The notes beneath the pieces are model-generated. The model made no database searches. It was not told the origin of the DNA and saw nothing but the letters and a program-made list of their open reading frames with translations. DNA of 64,000 nucleotides from Moraxellaceae bacterium. Lineage in GTDB: Bacteria > Pseudomonadota > Gammaproteobacteria > Pseudomonadales > Moraxellaceae. Below are positions 56,726 through 64,000 of the stretch, piece after piece; the stretch's first letter is position 1; the number at the start of each line of letters is the position of its first letter. Where the stretch lies: NCBI GenBank assembly GCA_037968855.1, contig JBBKWH010000095.1, positions 11,223 to 75,222 on the forward strand, given 5' to 3'. The position numbers and the translations under genes were made by a program.

Positions 56726-58045
56726 ATGAAGTTACATCATCAGATTTTTTTGGCGATCTTTTTGGGTGCGCTGTTTGGCGCGATGACTGGCGCGGATGGT
56801 CTACTGTTTAGCGTTCCTATCATGAGTGGCTATGAGTTTTTGGGCACAATATTTTTAAACGCACTCAAGATGGTGGTGATCCCGTTGATCATGACCGCCA
56901 TCATCAGCGGCATGGTCGGTGTGGGTCAAGATTCTGGGCTTGGTAAGCTGGGGATTAAGACGGTGGGCTTTTATATGCTGACCAGTTTTATGGCCATCAT
57001 GACGGGCCTTATCTTGGTCAATCTGTTTCACCCTGGCGTGATCAATGGTCAACCTGCCAAAGACTTGTTGGGCTTGGCCACCGATACCGCCCAAGTGCTC
57101 CAAAAAGTTGAAGGTCGTAGCACCGGCGATTTTGCCCAGATTTTTTTGCAGTTATTTCCGCCTAATTTGATTGATGCAGCCGCCAATAACCAACTGCTCG
57201 GTCTGATCGTATTTTCGCTGTTGTTTGGTTTTTATTTACGCACCGCGCATGGTCGTGCGGGCGAGACCTTACGCCAAGTGATGCAAGCCTCATATCAAAT
57301 CATGATGAGCATCACCATGCTGATCATTCGCTTTGCACCGATTGGGGTATTTGGTTTGATTGCTGCGGTGGTGGCCAAAACTGGCTTTAATGCGATCAAG
57401 CCATTGTCGTTTTTCTTTGTGACTGTGCTGTTGGCGTTGGCTGTGCATGCGTTTGTGGTGTTGCCACTGATGATCAAGTTTTTGGCCCGTCGCTCGCCGC
57501 TGCGCATGATTCAGGCCATGTCACCTGCCTTGTTGACGGCATTTTCGTCGGCCAGTTCTGCGGCCACCTTGCCTCTCAATCTGGAGTGTGTACAAAAACG
57601 CGCGGGGGTGTCGACCCGTGTCAGTAGCTTTGTCATGCCACTCGGCGCAACGGTCAACATGGACGGCACGGCGCTGTATGAAGTGGTCGCGGTGATGTTT
57701 ATTGTGCAAGCCTATGGTTTGGAATTGTCGTTTGCCACCCAGTTTTTGATTGCTATTACGGCCCTGCTCACCTCAATTGGTGTGGCGGCAGTGCCAGCGG
57801 CGTCGTTGGTGGCGATTACCTTGATCTTAGGCATGGTTGGTGTGCCTGCCGAAGCGATTGGCTTGATTTTGGTCACGGATCGCATTTTGGATATGTGCCG
57901 CACCTCGGTAAATGTCTGGGGCGATGCGGTAGGCGCGATGGTATTGGCTCGTTCTGAGGGTGAGGACTTACCGCTCAGTCTGCCTGTTGATGAGATGGAA
58001 GCGCAGCAAAAAATTGCTGGCGTGGGGCATACCTATAGCAGTTAA
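56726..58045 (+). CDS. Dicarboxylate/amino acid:cation symporter (DAACS; GltP/DctA family)
   Basis: 439 aa with family blocks (...TSSSAATLP..., ...MPLGATVNMDGTALYE..., ...DRILDMCRT...). Confidence 0.8.
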   Translation: MKLHHQIFLAIFLGALFGAMTGADGLLFSVPIMSGYEFLGTIFLNALKMVVIPLIMTAIISGMVGVGQDSGLGKLGIKTVGFYMLTSFMAIMTGLILVNLFHPGVINGQPAKDLLGLATDTAQVLQKVEGRSTGDFAQIFLQLFPPNLIDAAANNQLLGLIVFSLLFGFYLRTAHGRAGETLRQVMQASYQIMMSITMLIIRFAPIGVFGLIAAVVAKTGFNAIKPLSFFFVTVLLALAVHAFVVLPLMIKFLARRSPLRMIQAMSPALLTAFSSASSAATLPLNLECVQKRAGVSTRVSSFVMPLGATVNMDGTALYEVVAVMFIVQAYGLELSFATQFLIAITALLTSIGVAAVPAASLVAITLILGMVGVPAEAIGLILVTDRILDMCRTSVNVWGDAVGAMVLARSEGEDLPLSLPVDEMEAQQKIAGVGHTYSS

Positions 58046-58131
58046 TGAGCTATTGGTCGCCTGCACGATGCGCACCGATGCAGATCACGCAGGTGCGCAT
58101 TTGTATCACTCAGATGATCAATAATAAGCCT

Positions 58132-58803
58132 TTAATTTTCTGGCCATTCAAAGCGATAGCCCACGCCATACACCGAGACGACCCAATCATGCCGATCTGC
58201 ACGATCTGCGCTATCACTCAGTTTGCGGCGTAGATTTTTGATATGGCTATCAATCACCCGATCTGCCACATCAAGGTTGTCCGGATTGGCCTCATCCAAC
58301 AAGCGACCACGCGAGAACACCTGTCCGGCATGCGCCATAAACAAGGCCAACAAGCGAAACTCGGTTGGCGTGAGGGTGAGTCGCTTGCCATTCATGGTAG
58401 CGCTCTGACGTGCACTGTCTAGCGCCAAACCCATCGTCGGTTGTGGCTGACTACGGCGCAAAATTGCCCGCACCCGTGCCACCAACTCACGCGGACTAAA
58501 CGGCTTGCATAGATAATCATCCGCGCCAATCTCAAGACCCAGTAAGCGATCAACCTCCTCGCTACGCGCCGTCACCATAATGATTGGCAAGCTAGAAAAC
58601 TGCCGAACTTCACGGCACACCACCAGTCCATCCATACCAGGCAACATCAAGTCCAGTACCATCAAATCTGGAGGTTGACGTTTGGCTGCGGCCAGCGCCT
58701 CCCCGCCATGATGATAAACTGTCACCTCATGACCGGCTTGAATCAAATAGTCGCGAACCAAACCAGCCAGCTCAACTTCATCTTCAACCACCATAATGTT
58801 CAT
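58132..58803 (-). CDS. OmpR-family response regulator
   Basis: REC (MNIMVVEDE...LMVLDLMLPGMDG) and a winged-helix domain (...GVGYRFEWP). Confidence 0.85.
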   Translation of the reverse strand: MNIMVVEDEVELAGLVRDYLIQAGHEVTVYHHGGEALAAAKRQPPDLMVLDLMLPGMDGLVVCREVRQFSSLPIIMVTARSEEVDRLLGLEIGADDYLCKPFSPRELVARVRAILRRSQPQPTMGLALDSARQSATMNGKRLTLTPTEFRLLALFMAHAGQVFSRGRLLDEANPDNLDVADRVIDSHIKNLRRKLSDSADRADRHDWVVSVYGVGYRFEWPEN

Positions 58804-58855
58804 CAGTGCGCGCTCCTTTTTTGCCCAACAGTTGTTGATCTATTCAGGTTAATGA

Positions 58856-60460
58856 TCATGGGGCTAGTGGTAAGCGCAAGCATGCCCGCACACCCCCAAT
58901 TGGTGAGGCCGAAAACAACAACTCACCGCCTTGTGCTTCGGCCAGTTGTCGCGATAACGCCAAGCCCAAACCACTGCCGCCACTAAGACGACTACGCGAT
59001 GCATCTGCACGAAAAAAGCGCTCGCCCAAACGCGGTAATAATTCGGCTGGGACGCTTGGTGCGGTGTCTTCAATGCATAGCACCCAAAAGCCGTTTTCGA
59101 CTGTGTCATGCAAGGCCACGTGGCCACCAGTGTCGGTATATCTGGCACTGTTTTCAAACAAGTTATCAACAATCTGACGCAAGCGATCGGGATCAACCAT
59201 AATCCGCACATCGCAAGGCTCGGCAGGTCGCTCAACCGTTAAGCCCACGGTGCGGAAACGATCCGCAAAGCTCTCTAGCTCCCGATCCAACAAGCGCCAT
59301 GGATTAATAGAAATCGGCGTGCATAACAACTGGCCCGCATCGGCTTGCGACAAGGCATTTAGATCGCCAATCAAACGTCCCAACTGTTTGACATGCCGCT
59401 GCATAGTGGCGAGATGCTCAGGCGTGGGCTGGCGCACGCCATCTTGCATGGCCTCAATCTGGGCCTGCAATACCGCAACAGGGGTACGCAACTCATGCGA
59501 GGTATCAGCCACCCATTGCTGCCGCGATTGTTCGTGCTGTTCGAGCATTTGCGCCAATTGGTTCATGGCTTGACCTAGATCGCCTAACTCATCACTGCGA
59601 CCCAGTTGAATGCGGGTATCAAAGCGGCGCTGAGTCATCAGCCGTGCCGCATCAACCAAGCGGCGGATCGGTCGATTAAAATGACTGGCCAACAACCCTG
59701 CTGCAATCACACTGGCCAACAATGCGGTCAATGACACCCAAAAAATCTGCCGACGTTGGTCAGAAAAATAAGTTTGCGATAACGCATCATCTGGATTCAC
59801 TTGCGGCTGAATAGTCAGGTAGCCCACCACCTGTTGATTGACCGTCAAGGCACGGCGTGGGGCATGGATATCAGGTGCAAAGCCAGACAGCCAATTACCT
59901 TCGGCAGACAACAAACCCAAACGCTCACCCAAAATCAGTTGATCCGGTGGGGGGCGTTTAAAGTGCTTGCGCGGTTTGTCTGTCGGAATGCCATTTGCAC
60001 GATTATCACGTCGATCTTCTCGCTCACGACGATCAGCAAAATTCGGTGGCATAGGCGGCATGTCATCTTCGGCGCTCAGGGTTTTTCCGGCAGCCAGCAA
60101 CTTCAGACGGCGCTCTTGGTGCATGGCAATAAAGTGCTGTTTCATCAGCCAAAACATCGGCTCAGACTGCGACATATCGGGCCAATGCCCCAGCACTTGA
60201 TACTGCTGCTCTAGCTGGGTGGCCAAGCCATCTAAACGGCTCATCTCAACCTGTGCCACATAACGCGCAAAGCCTTCGCGCAAGGCACGATCCAGCACCC
60301 ATAAGCTGCTCATGCCCACGATCATCACCGTGAGCAACACCGCCACAAAAATCCGCACTGCAATTGGAATCCGTCTCAATCCCCTGACTCCACTCATCAA
60401 CTCATCATGCCTTGATCTCAATATGGCTCTCAACATGCCTGCGCTGCGCTCAACTGGCAA
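58856..60460 (-). CDS. Sensor histidine kinase (two TM helices, periplasmic domain, HAMP, HisKA, HATPase), cognate of 58132..58803
   Basis: H-box ADTSHELRTP, N and G boxes (...LFENSARYT..., GGSGLGLAL). The 5' end is uncertain. Confidence 0.8.
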   Translation of the reverse strand: MPVERSAGMLRAILRSRHDELMSGVRGLRRIPIAVRIFVAVLLTVMIVGMSSLWVLDRALREGFARYVAQVEMSRLDGLATQLEQQYQVLGHWPDMSQSEPMFWLMKQHFIAMHQERRLKLLAAGKTLSAEDDMPPMPPNFADRREREDRRDNRANGIPTDKPRKHFKRPPPDQLILGERLGLLSAEGNWLSGFAPDIHAPRRALTVNQQVVGYLTIQPQVNPDDALSQTYFSDQRRQIFWVSLTALLASVIAAGLLASHFNRPIRRLVDAARLMTQRRFDTRIQLGRSDELGDLGQAMNQLAQMLEQHEQSRQQWVADTSHELRTPVAVLQAQIEAMQDGVRQPTPEHLATMQRHVKQLGRLIGDLNALSQADAGQLLCTPISINPWRLLDRELESFADRFRTVGLTVERPAEPCDVRIMVDPDRLRQIVDNLFENSARYTDTGGHVALHDTVENGFWVLCIEDTAPSVPAELLPRLGERFFRADASRSRLSGGSGLGLALSRQLAEAQGGELLFSASPIGGVRACLRLPLAP

Positions 60461-60585
60461 GTGCTGGCGTATTCATGCTTTCTCCACCATTCACGCATAG
60501 CGTAAGCAACACCACCACGCAGCACTACACACCAGTCCAATCAAGACTACATGGCGAAGGTGTGACCACCATGGAGCAAATCGAT

Positions 60586-60921
60586 ATGTTTTTACTCAAG
60601 CGCGTTTCGTGTTTAGCCATTCTTGTGCCTGTTGTTGCACTGGCGGGTTGTCAAAACATGTCACCCAAAGCTCCACCGATGGGCGACAACCCTATGGACG
60701 GCAAAAAACACAGCATGCGCGGTGATCAACGCGAAGATAAACAGCGTAAACGCTCATCACGCAAAGACAATCGCGAGATGCACAAAGAGGCCTTGAGCAA
60801 AGCCTGTGACGGTCATGCACTCGGCGATGCAACCACACTCCAAACACCACGGGGTGAACTCAAAGGCCAATGCCAACTGATGTTTGTGCCTGATCAACCA
60901 CCGGCTGACCCACAGCCATAA
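60586..60921 (+). CDS. Hypothetical lipoprotein, highly basic/charged
   Basis: MFLLKRVSCLAILVPVVALAGC (lipobox LAGC), then a K/R/D-rich sequence. Upstream ATGs lie at 60571 and 60586. Confidence 0.4.
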   Translation: MFLLKRVSCLAILVPVVALAGCQNMSPKAPPMGDNPMDGKKHSMRGDQREDKQRKRSSRKDNREMHKEALSKACDGHALGDATTLQTPRGELKGQCQLMFVPDQPPADPQP

Positions 60922-61101
60922 GCCGCCTAGCGCTGCTGACACAAGGACTGTGCCCATGTTGACACCGACCCACTGGAATGCCCTTATCGGTCTACTCTTG
61001 GGATTTTATAAGCTTGGTCTACAGGCCCCACCACAGCCACGGTTGCCAGCCATACCCAAAGCTATACCCTCAGCCGCGCCAGTGCCCTGAGCCTCACCGG
61101 C

Positions 61102-61479
61102 ATGAGTGCCAAAGCAGCGGGGCTGACTCTCTCCAATGTCAATATGAACAACATTCCACTCAGCAACATTCACCAGACTTTATTGGCTGGAGACTCGGCA
61201 GGCACAACTGCCAGTCAAGACGTGTATTTGTCACTGCAAAAGACCGACCTGATCTGGCAAACCACCAGTACCGGCACCTTTGGCACTACGGCAGCGCAGA
61301 CAGGCTGGTGGATCAACCTACCTGACGTGCAAATCCCCAACATCGTGACCGATCAATCGGTCCGCCTGACCTTGCTCCAAGCAGGGGCAGGATTGCTTGG
61401 TGGTGTGGTTAATCTCAATGCAGTCGACCTACAACAACAACCGGTCGACAACTGTTATGGCACGCTGACGTTCTGCTAA
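61102..61479 (+). CDS. Hypothetical Thr/Gly-rich protein, possibly 5'-disrupted secreted protein
   Basis: The frame is open from 61012 with no ATG before 61102. A hydrophobic signal-like segment (MLTPTHWNALIGLLLGFYKLGLQA) sits in another frame at 60956. Followed by a strong terminator. Confidence 0.3.
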   Translation: MSAKAAGLTLSNVNMNNIPLSNIHQTLLAGDSAGTTASQDVYLSLQKTDLIWQTTSTGTFGTTAAQTGWWINLPDVQIPNIVTDQSVRLTLLQAGAGLLGGVVNLNAVDLQQQPVDNCYGTLTFC

Positions 61480-61525
61480 TCGCAATATAGTCAGCGGCTT
61501 TGGTTCCGGCTTAGCCGGTTTGATA

Positions 61526-61568
61526 CGGGTACAAGCTTTCGGTGGACGTGGCTTGTACCCGTTTTTTT
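61526..61568 (+). terminator. Rho-independent terminator
   Basis: CGGGTACAAGC / GCTTGTACCCG, an 11-bp stem followed by TTTTTTT. Confidence 0.65.
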
Positions 61569-61629
61569 ATGTTTTTATCCTGATGCAAGCGGCACTGAAT
61601 CAGCAGAATTTCAAGCACGCAACTCACAT

Positions 61630-61660
61630 AAAAAAATCCGGCCAATTGACCGGATTTTTT
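61630..61660. terminator. Bidirectional terminator at hpf 3' end
   Basis: AAAAAATCCGG-CCAATTGA-CCGGATTTTTT. Confidence 0.6.
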
Positions 61661-61675
61661 GACATCATCATGTGC

Positions 61676-62098
61676 TTATTTGGCCAGTGCAACACCAGCG
61701 GCTTGCAAGGCTTCTTCTTCATCCAAAATGGCGTCCACCGCCACCAATTGCGGGTCTTCCATCAGATCTGGTGCAGGGGCATGACGTGAGCCTTCTGCTT
61801 TGGCAAAGGTGTGATCCAACAAATGATGCAATTTATCAATTGCCAGCTCAAAAGTATGATCAATATTGTCACCCTTTGCCGTCACAGCCAGTGGCTTCAT
61901 GCCAGCAGGACGTGCTTCGATCATACATTTTTTATCGTGCTCACCATGCTTGGCGGCATTGGCATCACTAAAGTGAACTTCAAAATGGGTAATCCGTTGA
62001 CTGAGTCGGTCAAACTCCTGTTCCAATCGCTCTTTCACATGTTCGATTAAGCGAGCACCACCTTCAATATGATTATCATGACGAACTTGAATATTCAT
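61676..62098 (-). CDS. hpf: Ribosome hibernation promoting factor / RaiA-family protein (with acidic C-terminal extension)
   Basis: MNIQVRHDNHIEGGARLIEHVKERLE...FEVHFSDANAAKHG... matches the YfiA/HPF fold. ATG at 62098 follows AAGAGG. Confidence 0.75.
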   Translation of the reverse strand: MNIQVRHDNHIEGGARLIEHVKERLEQEFDRLSQRITHFEVHFSDANAAKHGEHDKKCMIEARPAGMKPLAVTAKGDNIDHTFELAIDKLHHLLDHTFAKAEGSRHAPAPDLMEDPQLVAVDAILDEEEALQAAGVALAK

Positions 62099-62384
62099 GC
62101 TTGATGTAACCTCTTTCCACAGTGAGTTCACCCCCACTGTAGACAGACCAGCGTGTAACATTCTGTTGATCTAAATGTAGAGTTTCGTATCCAAAGTAGC
62201 GCTTACCCACCACTTGTCTAGATTTTGTGATATTTGATCCGAATTGGTCATTTTTTGATGACTTCCTGTCATCGCAGAGTCACAGACCACTTCGGGTGGT
62301 AGGCGATTTTATGTTCAGAAGCGCTTCATAAGTATCAATCAAGCTGTTTATTTTTAAAGCAATCCTCGCAAATCGACCGATCTT

Positions 62385-63974
62385 TTAACGCAGTTGACGC
62401 TGTATCATAATCACGCCAGCGACCATCAACGCCAGTACAGCAAGTACCTCATACATCTGCTCGGCAGCCAATAATTGTGCTTGCTGATGAACCCGTTGCG
62501 CCAACATTCCCATGGCCACCTGCTGCGCCTGCACCGTCTCTAAGCCCTGTTGCATGAGCATCAGACGAGTCTGATCCAACCAATTTAAAACCCCCGTCCG
62601 ATCCGGTGTCAGCCCTGCGCGTAACTGTGCATCCACGCTACTGACTCGATTTTGCAGCATGACTGCGGCAATCGCCGTCGATGAAGACACCGCAATCTGC
62701 CGCATCAGATTTTTGCCCTGATAACCATGTGCAAAGCGATCATCGCTATCCAACTGACTAAAAGTTAGTCCCGCAACCGGTAGCACCAACAGCACGCCAA
62801 ACACACCCTTGGCCACCAAACCCACCCACAGTTGGGCAAAACCTGCATCTGCACCCACCCGCGAAAACCACCACGCTGCAATCGCCAAAGCCACAGCACC
62901 TGCCACCATCACCACTTTTTTGCGCGGAAAATACCGACCCAGCCATGCCACATACAGATAACCGACCACTACCCCACTTAAACCCACCAAACCATTCATC
63001 CAGCCAACATTGAGCAACGAAAAGCCCAAGCCCTGCTCGGCATAAATCGGAAAAATATAATTGCCAAAACTGGCAACAAAGTAATACAGAAAATACAGCC
63101 CCAAACCCGTCAGATAGACCGGACTATTCAGCTCACGCAAATGAATTAACGGCTCAGGATGCCGCCACTGCTGCCATAAAAACCCCAACAACAGCCCCGC
63201 ACCCAACAGCAACAACCCCCACAACCGCAACGGGTGGGTAAACACATCAAAGCGTGTGACCGTCAGCACCCATTGCAAAATCAACACCGCAGTCGCAAAT
63301 AATACCAATGGCAACATCGACAACGCTGGCACATCACGCCGTCGGCCAATGCCCTTGGGCAGCAACCACCAAATCAGCCCCGCACACCACAGCGCAAACG
63401 GCAACGGGCCATAAAACACCCACCGCCACTCGCCATACTCGATCAAGTGCGAAGCCAACACTGGTGCAATCCCACCTGACGCCATCATAATCAACATAAA
63501 ATATTTGATCGCGCGGGGTCGCTCCTCCACGCTAAACATCAAATTGATCAAAATTCGACTACTGGTAAAAAATGCCCCTCCACCAAAGCCTTGCAGCAAG
63601 CGCGATAATGTCAAACTCCACAAATGATCGCTCCACGCACAGGCCACACCACCAACGATAAACAACAGCAGCGAGGCCAACAAATAACGGCGATAACCCA
63701 TCCGCCGCGACAGCCACTGCTGCAATACCACCATCAGCATAATGCCCACTGCATACGCCGTCTGTACCTGCGCAAACTCGCGCGGCCCTGCATCCACCCC
63801 GCCAATAATATGGCTGGATGCAAAGATAAACATTTGGCTTTCTAAAAACTCAGTAAAGGTCAGCAAGCCGAGCAACATCATCAACGAGCGTCTTTTTTGC
63901 GCACGAATCTGCTGCCGCACTTGCTGCTGCAAATGCTTGCTAAAGGCCACAACATGATCGGCAGCGTCGCTCAT
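62385..63974 (-). CDS. MFS drug-efflux transporter, DHA2 (EmrB/QacA, 14-TM) family
   Basis: About 530 aa with 14 predicted TM helices and MFS motif-A-like loops. ATG at 63974 follows GGAGCG. Confidence 0.75.
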   Translation of the reverse strand: MSDAADHVVAFSKHLQQQVRQQIRAQKRRSLMMLLGLLTFTEFLESQMFIFASSHIIGGVDAGPREFAQVQTAYAVGIMLMVVLQQWLSRRMGYRRYLLASLLLFIVGGVACAWSDHLWSLTLSRLLQGFGGGAFFTSSRILINLMFSVEERPRAIKYFMLIMMASGGIAPVLASHLIEYGEWRWVFYGPLPFALWCAGLIWWLLPKGIGRRRDVPALSMLPLVLFATAVLILQWVLTVTRFDVFTHPLRLWGLLLLGAGLLLGFLWQQWRHPEPLIHLRELNSPVYLTGLGLYFLYYFVASFGNYIFPIYAEQGLGFSLLNVGWMNGLVGLSGVVVGYLYVAWLGRYFPRKKVVMVAGAVALAIAAWWFSRVGADAGFAQLWVGLVAKGVFGVLLVLPVAGLTFSQLDSDDRFAHGYQGKNLMRQIAVSSSTAIAAVMLQNRVSSVDAQLRAGLTPDRTGVLNWLDQTRLMLMQQGLETVQAQQVAMGMLAQRVHQQAQLLAAEQMYEVLAVLALMVAGVIMIQRQLR

Positions 63975-64000
63975 GCCACGCTCCAAAAGAGCCGATAATT

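Noticed and set aside
1-64000. CRISPR arrays, IS elements or transposases, integrases, rRNA genes
   Set aside because: I found no direct-repeat/spacer arrays, no DDE-transposase or tyrosine-recombinase-like ORFs, and no rRNA-like sequence on either strand.

Overview
This 64-kb window looks like a chromosomal segment from a gammaproteobacterium with overall GC near 50%. An AbaR/AbaM/AbaI-style quorum-sensing locus with a lux-box and a DcaP-like coiled-coil porin hint at a Moraxellaceae-like lineage, but that is tentative. I found no rRNA, intact tRNA, CRISPR array, IS element or integrase.

Most of the window is housekeeping. It carries uvrA (5' truncated by the window edge), rsmE, waaA, a prfB with its programmed +1 frameshift, rbn/RNase Z, recJ, pdxH, glmM, ppa, cysK, fadD, parC, acs and hpf. 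Accessory content comprises:
- a LuxR / small modulator / LuxI quorum-sensing locus;
- an NNP nitrate/nitrite transporter followed by a PP2C-phosphatase/Ser-Thr-kinase fusion;
- a degenerate membrane GGDEF protein;
- a dispersed acetate-switch set (CrbS-like SSS-hybrid kinase, CrbR-like regulator, acs, yjcH-actP);
- two further two-component and transporter loci.

The most unusual region is a co-directional three-gene module at 31.6-40.2 kb. It consists of a YqiJ-like (NfeD/DUF1449-like) membrane protein, a flotillin-like SPFH protein with internal 120-nt tandem repeats, and a roughly 1840-aa coiled-coil protein carrying one dynein/MoxR-type (AAA_5-like) ATPase cassette. I do not recognise this combination as a described system.

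A second anomaly is a 1.1-kb low-GC islet at 50.2-51.3 kb. It holds a single ORF with an R-x4-H HEPN/Abi2-like motif and is followed by a tRNA 3'-end-like fragment, suggesting a relic integration site.

Other oddities are a prfB shift site that reads CUU UAA C instead of the usual CUU UGA C, and a lysine-rich secreted-protein gene whose 81/91-nt tandem repeats fall out of frame. Gene starts in the ORF track often use non-ATG codons; where an ATG with a Shine-Dalgarno sequence was visible I give that start instead.
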